Assembly (NCBI GenBank): GCA_026393855.1
Contig: JAPKZJ010000071.1
Coordinates: 12,567 to 76,566, forward strand
Direction: 5' to 3'
Source: Candidatus Aminicenantes bacterium
GTDB taxonomy: Bacteria > Acidobacteriota > Aminicenantia > Aminicenantales > UBA4085
DNA: 64,000 bases
In this document: piece by piece, positions 18,353 through 27,414 of the stretch
Layout of the letters: the number at the start of each line of letters is the position of its first letter
Numbering within the stretch: position 1 is the stretch's first letter
Made by a program: the position numbers and the translations under genes
Notes under the pieces: model-generated
The model's database searches: none
Seen by the model: the letters and a program-made list of their open reading frames with translations, nothing else
What the model was told of the DNA's origin: nothing

Positions 18353-19324
18353 ATGACCCGGCGCTTGTCCGCGGGACTTCTGGCTCTTGGTCTCATCCTG
18401 GGAGCCAACGCCGCGCCTCCTTCACATATTGAGCTTCGCAATGACGATGCGGCAGGCCGCCTGCGGGTCCTTGTCGACGGCCGGGAGGCGTTCATTTACC
18501 AATACGCCGGCTCGCTCGACATGCCCCATTACTGGCCGCTGTCCACACCGGGCGGCCGCAATCTCCTGGTCCAGCAGACCGAGCCCTACCCCCACCACCG
18601 GTCCTTCTGGTTCGCCGACACGGTCCGTCTGAACGGCGGCCGCGACGTCAGCTTCTACAACGGGCTTTATTCCGGAGTGGAGCAGCCGACTGACCCCAAG
18701 ACCTACAAGCCCCCCTTCCGCGACCACATCCGTCATGTCCGATTCGCCAAGCTTGCGGCGCACGGCTCGCGCGCCGAGATCGAGGCCGAGCTCTTCTGGG
18801 AGATGGACGGCAATCAGGCCGTGCTCCGCGAGATGCGACGGCTCGTCGTCTACGGGCTGGGCGGAGGGGACTATCTTATGGATCTGTCCTTCGTCCTGAC
18901 GCCCGCCGGCGGCGAGGTCGAGTTCCGTAGCGACGACGTCCATTATGCCTGGCCCTACCTGCGCCTGCAGACGCGCTGGAGCGGCGAAGGCGGCGGCCGC
19001 CTAACGGCGGACGACGGCTCCGTCGGCCAGGAAACCACGAACATGCGGGCCGCCAAGTGGATCGACTACTCCAACACCATCGAAGGCGAGACGGCCGGCG
19101 CGGCCGTCTTCCAGTATCCCGACGGATTCAGCCACCGCTGGCTGACCCGCGAATACGGATGCTTCGGCCCGCGCCGCCCCGACGCGTTGAGCGGCAAGCC
19201 GTTCATCCTCGTTCCGGGCATGTCCCTGCGCCAGAGGATCGGCATCCTGATCCACGCTGGAGACGTCAAGAGCGGCCGGGTAGCCGAGCGCTACAAGGAC
19301 TACATCGGCGACCGCTGGAAATGA
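18353..19324 (+). CDS. Exported DUF6807/'PmoA-like' family protein
   Basis: Signal peptide; YWPL.TPGG...PHHRSFWF, A.WIDYS and WLTREYG motifs typical of the family. Confidence 0.7.
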   Translation: MTRRLSAGLLALGLILGANAAPPSHIELRNDDAAGRLRVLVDGREAFIYQYAGSLDMPHYWPLSTPGGRNLLVQQTEPYPHHRSFWFADTVRLNGGRDVSFYNGLYSGVEQPTDPKTYKPPFRDHIRHVRFAKLAAHGSRAEIEAELFWEMDGNQAVLREMRRLVVYGLGGGDYLMDLSFVLTPAGGEVEFRSDDVHYAWPYLRLQTRWSGEGGGRLTADDGSVGQETTNMRAAKWIDYSNTIEGETAGAAVFQYPDGFSHRWLTREYGCFGPRRPDALSGKPFILVPGMSLRQRIGILIHAGDVKSGRVAERYKDYIGDRWK

Positions 19325-20589
19325 TGGACCGAAGGAAATTCCTCAAAACGGCCCTGGCCGCTGCCGCGGCCGATGAGGCCTGGGCCTCGATTCCGTCGAG
19401 CCGGCTGACCTGGCCGCTTGTCGGGAGGCCGCTAATAGTCCCCCCGCCTACCCGCATCGCCCGAATCGATCTCTTCCCCGTCCTCTACCCCGTCTCGGGC
19501 TACTTCAAGTTCTTCGCCGGACCCGGCGGCCGGACCGGCCGGCCCGCGGTCATCATTAAAATCACGGCTGATGACGGGACCGTCGGCTGGGGCCAGTCCG
19601 TCCCGCTGTCCACATGGAGCGACGAGACCTGGGAAGGATCTGTCGCCGCCCTTCGAGTCTATTTCGCCCCCACCCTGATCGGCCTCGATCCCGAGAATCT
19701 CGAAGCGGCCCAGGCCGCCCTGGACAAGTCTGTTGCGGGCGGTTTCTCGACGGGGCTTCCCATCACCCGGGCCGGGCTTGACCTGGCTCTGCACGACTTG
19801 GCCGGCAAGCGCCGCGGCATCTCCCTGGCCCGCCTCTGGGGGAAGCCCGAAGGCGGACGCTTGACGCTGTCCTGGACGGTCAACGTCCGGACGCTGGGCG
19901 AAGCGGACGCCGTGATCGAGGAAGGCCGCCGCCGCGGCTATGCCCACTTCAACATCAAGATCGGCCCCGACCCGGACTTCGACATCGCCCTGGCCAAAGC
20001 CGTCCGCAAAGCAGCGCCCCAGGCTTTCTTATGGGCCGACGCCAACGGAGGGTACGATCAGGAGACCGCGCTACTGGCCGCCCCCCGGCTGGCGGATGCG
20101 GGGGTTGACGTCCTGGAATCTCCCCTGCGGCCCAACCGGATCTCGGGCTACCAGGCTCTCAAGAAGCAAGGCGCCCTGCCCATCCTGATGGACGAAGGCG
20201 TGGTCTCCCCCGCCGATTTGGAAGAGTTTATTCGGCTGGGCATGCTGGACGGGATCTCGGCCAAGCCCGCCCGCTGCGGCGGGCTGCGCTCCAACAAGCA
20301 CCAGATCGAGATCTGCCGCGAGCGCGGGCTGATGTGGCTCGGCAGCGGCCTGACCGATCCCGACATATCGCTGGCCGCGTCGCTGGCGCTTTACGGCGCC
20401 TTCGGACTGGCCAAGCCGGCGGCCCTGAACGGCCCGCAGTTCCTGGCCGCCGACGTGCTGAAGACGCCGCTTCGGATCGAGGGCGGCATCGCCCAAGTCC
20501 CGACCGGGCCCGGCTTGGGCATCGACGTCGACGAGGCCAAAGTCGTCGACCTCATGAAAAGAAGCGGCGGCGGCAAGCTGCTGGGCTGA
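19321..20589 (+). CDS. Tat-exported enolase superfamily (muconate lactonizing enzyme/mandelate racemase-like) protein
   Basis: DRRKFLK Tat motif; DLALHDLAGK, WADANG, LESP, MDEG, KPARCGG and PTGPGLGIDVDE. ATGA overlap with the upstream stop. Confidence 0.88.
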   Translation: MMDRRKFLKTALAAAAADEAWASIPSSRLTWPLVGRPLIVPPPTRIARIDLFPVLYPVSGYFKFFAGPGGRTGRPAVIIKITADDGTVGWGQSVPLSTWSDETWEGSVAALRVYFAPTLIGLDPENLEAAQAALDKSVAGGFSTGLPITRAGLDLALHDLAGKRRGISLARLWGKPEGGRLTLSWTVNVRTLGEADAVIEEGRRRGYAHFNIKIGPDPDFDIALAKAVRKAAPQAFLWADANGGYDQETALLAAPRLADAGVDVLESPLRPNRISGYQALKKQGALPILMDEGVVSPADLEEFIRLGMLDGISAKPARCGGLRSNKHQIEICRERGLMWLGSGLTDPDISLAASLALYGAFGLAKPAALNGPQFLAADVLKTPLRIEGGIAQVPTGPGLGIDVDEAKVVDLMKRSGGGKLLG

Positions 20590-20724
20590 TCCCCTTCCTT
20601 TTTCGCCATCCGATCGAAGCTCGCGTCGGCCCGTTCCTTGACTTATCAGGATGGAGTTGTTAAGTTTCATCTAGCGAAAGCGGATTACTCGATCTTACTC
20701 ATTGGGAATTATGGGGAGCGCCCT

Positions 20725-22176
20725 TTGAAGAGAGGCCTGATCTCGTCGATCCTTTTCCTTCTCGGAGCCATTCTCCCCGCCCCGGCCCAGGACAAGGAAT
20801 TCCGATTCGACGCCGGCGCTCGCCAGGCCCGCGATGTCTCGCTGTACCGTTCCAGCTACGCGCTTGTGATCGGCATTTCCAATTACACGGCCGGATGGCC
20901 GAAATTGCCGGGCGTTTTACGGGACATCGTGGACGTGGAGAGGGCTCTGAAAAAACAGGGCTTCGAAGTGACGGTCGTCCGGGACGTCGGGCAGGATCGG
21001 ATCAAGGGGGCTATCGAAGACTTCATCGGCCGCCATGGCGGCGAGCCGGAGAACCGCCTCCTGTTCTATTTCGCGGGCCACGGCCACACCTTGAGGACGG
21101 GCTACGGCGGAGAACTGGGCTTCATCGTTCCCTCCGACGCCCCCAATCCCGACGTCGACAAGGCGGGCTTCCGGGCCAAGGCCATCAGCATGCTGCTGTT
21201 CGAGAACTACGCGGTCAGCATCGACTCCAAACACGTGCTGTTCGTGTTCGACAGCTGCTTCGCCGGTTCGATCTTTGCCGCGAGCCGGTCCGCCTCCGTG
21301 GCGATCAGCGAGAAGACGGCCGCCCCCGTCCGACAGTTCATCACCTCGGGGAGCGCGGACGAGAAAGTCCCGGACGAAAGCATCTTCAAAGGGCAGTTCA
21401 TCGCCGGAATCGAAGGCGAGGCGGACATGAACCGCGACGGCTATGTCACCGGGGACGAGTTGGGGATCTTTCTTGCGACAAACGTCGTCAACTACTCGAA
21501 AGGCGCCCAGCATCCGAAGTACGGAAAGCTGATGAATGCCAAGCTGGATAAGGGCGATTTCGTCTTCATCCTGCCCAAGGGGGTTATCCAACCGGTTTCC
21601 AAAACCGAGGCGGATGTCGCCTCCCGGATCGAGCTGGAGTTCTGGAAGTCGACCAAGGAAAGCGATCGGGCGGAAGCCTACGCCGGCTACCTGGCAAAAT
21701 ATCCGGGCGGCGTCTTCACGGCCCTGGCCAAGCAGAGGCTGGACGAATTGGCCAAGGCCGAGGCGGCGGAGAAAGCGGGCAACCCGGCCGCAGAGAACCG
21801 GGAGGAGGCCGTTCCCGCAGTCCGGTTGATCCAGCTCCCCGGGGCCATGATCCGCGAATATAACGACAGGATCGGACGATTCTCTGTTTCCGGCGTTCCT
21901 GCGGACCTCAAGGCCGGCGGCCAGATCACCCTGGTCTATGCCGTCGCCCGGGACGGCCGGGTGTCCGTCGAATCGATGAACGATGCGGCTCTCGATGTCG
22001 TCCCCGAGGATAAAAAGCAAGCGGTTAAGGACGGCATCATCGCCGCGGCCCGGGAGATCGTCCTGCCTCCGCCCCGGGACAAAGAAGGGAACCGCGTCAC
22101 CGTGGTCCATTGGCCGGTCAGCTATCAGGTCGGCCGTTATCAAGACAGGCTCGTTTTCAACATCGTCGCTTTCTAA
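20725..22176 (+). CDS. Exported caspase family (peptidase C14) protein
   Basis: TTG start after GGGGAG and a signal peptide; YALVIGISNY, FYFAGHG (His), VFDSCFAG (Cys) and EF-hand-like DMNRDGYVTGDEL. Confidence 0.88.
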   Translation: MKRGLISSILFLLGAILPAPAQDKEFRFDAGARQARDVSLYRSSYALVIGISNYTAGWPKLPGVLRDIVDVERALKKQGFEVTVVRDVGQDRIKGAIEDFIGRHGGEPENRLLFYFAGHGHTLRTGYGGELGFIVPSDAPNPDVDKAGFRAKAISMLLFENYAVSIDSKHVLFVFDSCFAGSIFAASRSASVAISEKTAAPVRQFITSGSADEKVPDESIFKGQFIAGIEGEADMNRDGYVTGDELGIFLATNVVNYSKGAQHPKYGKLMNAKLDKGDFVFILPKGVIQPVSKTEADVASRIELEFWKSTKESDRAEAYAGYLAKYPGGVFTALAKQRLDELAKAEAAEKAGNPAAENREEAVPAVRLIQLPGAMIREYNDRIGRFSVSGVPADLKAGGQITLVYAVARDGRVSVESMNDAALDVVPEDKKQAVKDGIIAAAREIVLPPPRDKEGNRVTVVHWPVSYQVGRYQDRLVFNIVAF

Positions 22177-22187
22177 GGAGGTGGCCG

Positions 22188-23222
22188 TTGAAATCGCAAG
22201 GTTCCGTCCGGAGAACCGCCCTGGCCGCCGTCTCGATCGCCGTCCTGTTCCTGTCCCTCGCCCGGCCGGCCGCCGCCCAGCAGAGCGAGCTGGAGAAGGC
22301 CAAGACCCTCATCAACGCCGGGGAGTTCGACGCGGGCATCAAGCTGCTGGAAGGCTACATCGCCACCATCAAGGACATCGCCAGCCGGCGAAAGTCCATC
22401 GCCGAAGCGTATTACCTGATCGCCAAGATCTACTTCTCCGTCGGAGAGGACGACAAGTCCGACGAAAATCTAGCGGCGGCCTTCGCCGCCTTTCCGGGCT
22501 TCATGGCTGAGGAGACGAACGCCGCTTTCCGCATCCGGGCGGAACGAGGCCGGGCTCTTGCGGCCCAGCGCCAGAGGGAGGAACAGGCCGCAGCCGCGGC
22601 GAACGGGGCGAAATCCGGCGGCAAGGGAAGCGCCGCCTTCCGCTTCAAGGTGCTGGGCGCATATTGTTTCTGCGACTCGAGCCGGACCACCGCTTTCGGA
22701 CAAAAAGTGAGTTCGTACTATCGCGTCGCCCCGGCCATAGGCGTGGGAGCCGAGTTCGGCTCAAGTCTGGTCCTGGACGTCGAGATATGGCTGCTGCCCA
22801 AAGGGGGCAATTTCACCTTCTCCTATCCCGCTGCCGGCGAGAGCTACTCTGAAGCCGTGGATGTGTACGTATTTCGCTGGGAGATCAGCCTGCCCGTCTT
22901 GGCCAAGCTCTACGTACTGCCCGCGGACTCCCGCATCCGGCCGTTCGTCCTGGGCGGCGGCGAGATCGCCCAGGTCACCTGGAATGTCCTGGAGGGGTAT
23001 TGGGGGGACATTCAGCAGAAAAGACAGACCCTGTCGAAACAGATGGATTACGGCCTGATCTTCGGCGCGGGAGCGGATTTCCGCCTGGGCGCTCGAATAT
23101 CCCTCTTCCTCGAGGGACGCCTTCATCTCGGGCTGGCCGAGCTCGACAATGGCGGCGATTACTACGGCCCGGCCCCCTCGAAGCCGTATATGCTCGGAAT
23201 ATTCACCGGGATCAAGTTCTGA
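22188..23222 (+). CDS. Exported TPR-like plus outer-membrane beta-barrel protein
   Basis: RBS AAGGAGGT before TTG; signal peptide; AEAYYLIAKIYF TPR-like helices; amphipathic strands (PFVLGGG, DYGLIFGAGADF); ends FTGIKF. Confidence 0.75.
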   Translation: MKSQGSVRRTALAAVSIAVLFLSLARPAAAQQSELEKAKTLINAGEFDAGIKLLEGYIATIKDIASRRKSIAEAYYLIAKIYFSVGEDDKSDENLAAAFAAFPGFMAEETNAAFRIRAERGRALAAQRQREEQAAAAANGAKSGGKGSAAFRFKVLGAYCFCDSSRTTAFGQKVSSYYRVAPAIGVGAEFGSSLVLDVEIWLLPKGGNFTFSYPAAGESYSEAVDVYVFRWEISLPVLAKLYVLPADSRIRPFVLGGGEIAQVTWNVLEGYWGDIQQKRQTLSKQMDYGLIFGAGADFRLGARISLFLEGRLHLGLAELDNGGDYYGPAPSKPYMLGIFTGIKF

Positions 23223-23255
23223 TCAAACGCTTCTTTCGGGGAAGAGGAGGAGACC

Positions 23256-24926
23256 GTGCATCATTCATTTGCAAGAACCGTCGTGGCCTTGGCCGTCAGC
23301 CTCTTTCTGGCCGGTCTCTTCCTCGCGGCCGCCCAGGATCGGAATCCCGCCTGGCCCGGCCAGGGAGCCAAGCCCGGCGCTCCAAGCTCCCCCTCGGGCA
23401 AGCCGGCGCCGGCCGCCGATGATGGGCTCAAATTTGTCGGCCAAATCGTCGGGGAAACGACGTCCGTCGCGGGCTCGGCCGGCCATTACGAGCGCGTCCT
23501 GCTGGCCCCCCCCGACGACGGCCGCTTGAAGGCCGGAAATACGTGGGAGATCGGCATGGACGTGGCGGTCAAGCTCGGGCTCAAGAAGCCCGCCGAGCGA
23601 TGGGCGGTGATCCGCCGCAACCTCTTGTTGTCGCCGTCCGATCGGGAGGATCTCGTTCTTTGGACCGAGGTCGTCGATTCCCTCCTCGATCAGATCGGGA
23701 AGCTTCCTGCCGAGGAAAAGCCCGGAGTTCCCGGCTTCGGACTCCTTGTGGCATTCCCGGGGCAAGCCGCTTCCGACGACGCGAAAGCCAATGTGGCGCT
23801 CACATTCAACTCGAATCAGACCAGCCGCAAGGACAAGGAGCAAAAGAAGGACTTCGAAAGCGAATTGAGCCGGAGCGTCCGCGAGCCGCTGACCGGCGCG
23901 GAAGGCTTTCTGAACATCGTGGACGACCAGGGGGTCTCGTTGACGTCCGACGAAGCGCAAAACGCGCTGCTGAATGTGAAGCTCAAGCTCTATGACGGCG
24001 GCGGCAGGGAGGTGGATGCCGTTCCGGAGATGAAAGGCCGCTATTTTCGCTTCTCGCCTCTCACGGCCGATGGGGAGTTCGGAAGCGACTATTGGCTTAA
24101 GGTCCAATGGAGCGCCGAAGCGGCGGCCCAAAAAGGCGTCGCCGGGAAGGTCCTATCGGAGCATTACGTTCCCGTCCGGCAAGGCGCGCGGACGCGAATG
24201 GACGTCAGGCTGGCCTTGAGCAAGATCGTCCAAGCCGGCAAAGGCGACATCGGGCTTCCGGGAGCGCCGGCCGCCGTATCGCTTCTCTACCAGAATTTCG
24301 TGGCTTCGAATCCCCTGCTGGGAGTTCTGACCCAGGTCATGCCTTCGAACCCGGGCCTGCATCTCGGCGTACTCCAGATCAAAGACGCCGGCCCGCAGGT
24401 CTTCTGGTCGACACGCTTCCGCCTGCTGGCGGACATGCAGGACCGGAGCCCCCGCTTCATCACCCGGGGCTCCCTCCGGCTGCAGTGCATGACGGAAGCG
24501 GCAACCGACGGCCAGCCGTCTTGGCACTATGTAAAAATCACATGGTGCGGGAGCGTTGACGAGGATCAGCTGTCACTGAAATCCAGGAGAAATGCGAAAT
24601 TCCTGGGCTTGAAGAGGGATTTTCTGGGGATCGGCCTGGGCGTCGTGCCTTCCTTGGAGCCGTCTCTCTTCGCCGTGGGGGCAAGTCTCAAGCCTATCAA
24701 GGGCTGCGAGATCTTTCTCGGCGCCGGCATCCGCCAGGACTATCCGACCCGATTCGTGTACGGCCTGACGCTTGATGTCATGGACATGTTGAGCTTCTTA
24801 GGCATCGCCTCCCCGTCGGAAACGCCGGCCGCAGCGACCGCGGTCGCCGCGGAATCGTCGGGGGCGGCGGAGAAAGCGACCGGGCAACGTTTCGGACCCG
24901 CGCCTCCCCGGAAGAAATCGAACTGA
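23256..24926 (+). CDS. Exported hypothetical protein
   Basis: RBS GAGGAG before GTG; signal peptide; Gly-rich beta-strand-like C-terminal region; lies within the caspase operon. Confidence 0.7.
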   Translation: MHHSFARTVVALAVSLFLAGLFLAAAQDRNPAWPGQGAKPGAPSSPSGKPAPAADDGLKFVGQIVGETTSVAGSAGHYERVLLAPPDDGRLKAGNTWEIGMDVAVKLGLKKPAERWAVIRRNLLLSPSDREDLVLWTEVVDSLLDQIGKLPAEEKPGVPGFGLLVAFPGQAASDDAKANVALTFNSNQTSRKDKEQKKDFESELSRSVREPLTGAEGFLNIVDDQGVSLTSDEAQNALLNVKLKLYDGGGREVDAVPEMKGRYFRFSPLTADGEFGSDYWLKVQWSAEAAAQKGVAGKVLSEHYVPVRQGARTRMDVRLALSKIVQAGKGDIGLPGAPAAVSLLYQNFVASNPLLGVLTQVMPSNPGLHLGVLQIKDAGPQVFWSTRFRLLADMQDRSPRFITRGSLRLQCMTEAATDGQPSWHYVKITWCGSVDEDQLSLKSRRNAKFLGLKRDFLGIGLGVVPSLEPSLFAVGASLKPIKGCEIFLGAGIRQDYPTRFVYGLTLDVMDMLSFLGIASPSETPAAATAVAAESSGAAEKATGQRFGPAPPRKKSN

Positions 24927-24943
24927 TCCCAATCGGCCCAGCC

Positions 24944-27310
24944 ATGTCCGGAGCCCCTGGAACGTCCCGCCGCATGCGCCGCCGCCTGACGGTCTTGGGA
25001 CTTATCTGGATCTCGGCCGTGTTGGGTTTGCAGGCGGAGACACGCCGGGCTCTTCTCGTCGGCATCAACCAGTATGTTCCCCAAGGATCCCCTCCCAGCA
25101 TGATCAAGGATGCCTCTTATCTGGGAAGGCAGGAGTGGTGGAACTTGCGCGGATGCCTGAATGACGTCAAGGTCATGCGGGAACTTTTGGAAAAGAAGTT
25201 TCGTTTTCCGCCGCAAAACATCGAAGTCCTCCTGGACGCTCAAGCCACGCGCCAGGCGATCATCGACGCGATCCGAGGGCGGCTGATCGCAGCCTCGTCT
25301 CGCGGCGACGTCTCGCTGTTCTATTTCTCCGGCCACGGCTCGAGATTCATCAATACTCTGAATGGCGAACTGAAACGGAAGGACGAAACAATCGTCCCGG
25401 CCGATTCCTATGCCGGGGCCAAGGACATCCGCGACAAAGAGCTGGCCCGACTCTTCAACGAAGCTCTCGACAAAGGAGTCATCCTCACGGCCATCTTCGA
25501 CAGTTGCTGCAGCGGCTCGGTTTGCCGCGGCTTCTCGGCCCTGGACGCCGGCCAAAGCCGGTACCAGCCGGAAGTTCGCAGCGATGCCCTCGAGCCGCCC
25601 GACTCGACAAAAAAGCCCGAGGAGCGGACGGAGCTCAAGGAGCGCGGGATCCTCGTCTTGTCGGCAGCCCAGGATGACCAAATCGCCGAGGAAGCCTTCG
25701 ATGAGGAGGCCCGGGACAAGGAAAGCCGGCCGCGCGGCGCGTTCAGCCTGGCCCTGTCCAAAGTCCTTTCGGCCGCCTCTGAAAATGAGCCGGCCTCCCG
25801 GATCGAGCAGCGCTTGCGATCGATCATGCTTTCCGAAAACCGGGCTCAGATCCCTGTCTTCAGCGGGACAAGCGAGCGGATGTCCGGGCCGCTTTTCGGC
25901 GCCGGAACGGCCGTGTCGACGGGAGGGCTCTGCGTGGCGGCCGTTCAAGTCGAGGGCGACGCAGTGGAGATCCGAGGCGGATACGCGGTCGGCCTGGCGG
26001 AGGGCTGTGAGCTGAATTTAGAGGATGCCCGGAGGCCGTCCGAAGTGCGCATCCGCATCACCAAGGTGGAGGGCCTAGCCCAAGCGAAGGCGGCAGTGAT
26101 CGCGGGGTCGGCGTCCACCATCAAGCCGGGCTCGCTCTTTCGCGTTTACAAATGGACCTACTCCAACGCTCAGGGGGCTCTCAAGGTCTGGTGGCCCGCC
26201 TCGCCCCCAAAGCTCCAGGACCTCAACACCGCCCGAAGCGAGATTCAAGCGTTGAAGAGCTCCGGACAAATCGCCTGGGTTCGGGATCCGACCGAGGACA
26301 GTCCCGACTGGCAGGTCGGCTACGACGGCCGGTCGTGGATTCTTCTCGAGAAGGCCGCCGGACGGCGCATCGTCCTGAAACAGCCTTGGCGGGCGAAGGA
26401 CATCTTGGAAATTGTGTCAGTCCCGGGCGGTGGGCGGGCCAAGGTTTTCGTCGGCTTTCCCGCGCCGGTCGAGCTTACCGCGAAGCTGAACCTCGGCTCC
26501 GGAACGGCCAACGACGCCGTCATCCGGACCGTCTCCGAAAGCGAGGCGAATTACTCCTTGGTGGGGCGACTGGAAGACGGCGCCGTCCAGACGGCCTGGC
26601 TAGCGCGCAACGCAATCCGGGAGCCGTCAGAATCCCCCCTGCCGGTTCGAAGCGACTGGCGGACCGTGATGCCTTCGGCGGAGTCGTTGCGCGACGCGGC
26701 TGCCGCTCTGGAAGACGCGGCACTTCGACTTCAAAAAATCAAAGGCTGGCTCAACTTGCAATCTCAGGACGAGAGCCTGCGTCCCTTCCCCTACCACCTC
26801 GGCTTCAAAAACGCGGGGACCGGCCGAGTGACGAGCCCGAACGAGCCGCTTCAAGTCGGCGAACGCTATAATGCGGTCCTCATCCGCGACGAGGCTCCTT
26901 CAGGATCTCGGCCGGAGCAGCGACGCATCTACGTGTTCGCCATCAGCGGCGACGGCCGCGGGACGCTTCTCTATCCCCGTTTCGGCGAGGTCGAAAACTT
27001 TCTGCCGCCGGAAAATCAGCTTGTGAAGGGCGGGAATATCGTCCTCAAGGACGCGGCAGGCGCGTTCCAAATTCCGGAGACGACCGATCCCTGCGCTTAT
27101 TTCCTTCTGACGAGTGCCGATCCCCTTGGGAACCCCTGGGTCTTGGAGTTCGACGGAGTCAAAACAAGAGGGGCCGGCGTCGCGGAAGGCTCGAGCAATC
27201 CCCTCGCCCGGCTACTGCAGCAGGTCGGCGCCGCAACGCGAGGCAAACCTGCGGCGCCATCCCACTGGTCCGTCGAGCATTACATCGTCAAGAGCGTCCC
27301 GGCAAAATAG
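24944..27310 (+). CDS. Exported caspase family (C14) protein with C-terminal DUF4384-like domain
   Basis: RALLVGINQY, LRGCLNDV, FYFSGHG and IFDSCCSG; C-terminal IYVFAISGDGRGTLLYP. The start may be ATG 24974. Confidence 0.88.
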   Translation: MSGAPGTSRRMRRRLTVLGLIWISAVLGLQAETRRALLVGINQYVPQGSPPSMIKDASYLGRQEWWNLRGCLNDVKVMRELLEKKFRFPPQNIEVLLDAQATRQAIIDAIRGRLIAASSRGDVSLFYFSGHGSRFINTLNGELKRKDETIVPADSYAGAKDIRDKELARLFNEALDKGVILTAIFDSCCSGSVCRGFSALDAGQSRYQPEVRSDALEPPDSTKKPEERTELKERGILVLSAAQDDQIAEEAFDEEARDKESRPRGAFSLALSKVLSAASENEPASRIEQRLRSIMLSENRAQIPVFSGTSERMSGPLFGAGTAVSTGGLCVAAVQVEGDAVEIRGGYAVGLAEGCELNLEDARRPSEVRIRITKVEGLAQAKAAVIAGSASTIKPGSLFRVYKWTYSNAQGALKVWWPASPPKLQDLNTARSEIQALKSSGQIAWVRDPTEDSPDWQVGYDGRSWILLEKAAGRRIVLKQPWRAKDILEIVSVPGGGRAKVFVGFPAPVELTAKLNLGSGTANDAVIRTVSESEANYSLVGRLEDGAVQTAWLARNAIREPSESPLPVRSDWRTVMPSAESLRDAAAALEDAALRLQKIKGWLNLQSQDESLRPFPYHLGFKNAGTGRVTSPNEPLQVGERYNAVLIRDEAPSGSRPEQRRIYVFAISGDGRGTLLYPRFGEVENFLPPENQLVKGGNIVLKDAAGAFQIPETTDPCAYFLLTSADPLGNPWVLEFDGVKTRGAGVAEGSSNPLARLLQQVGAATRGKPAAPSHWSVEHYIVKSVPAK

Positions 27311-27414
27311 GCTGGGATCTATGCCGAGGAAGGCGGGAACCTGCACTCGCGCAGCGATCCAAGGTCATCTGACATCCCTCAAGCTGCCAAGACGTCCGGG
27401 ATCAACCGGCCGGC

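Noticed and set aside
18353..19324. Particulate methane monooxygenase pmoA
   Set aside because: This is a soluble exported protein with no pmoB/pmoC nearby; the family name is a misnomer.
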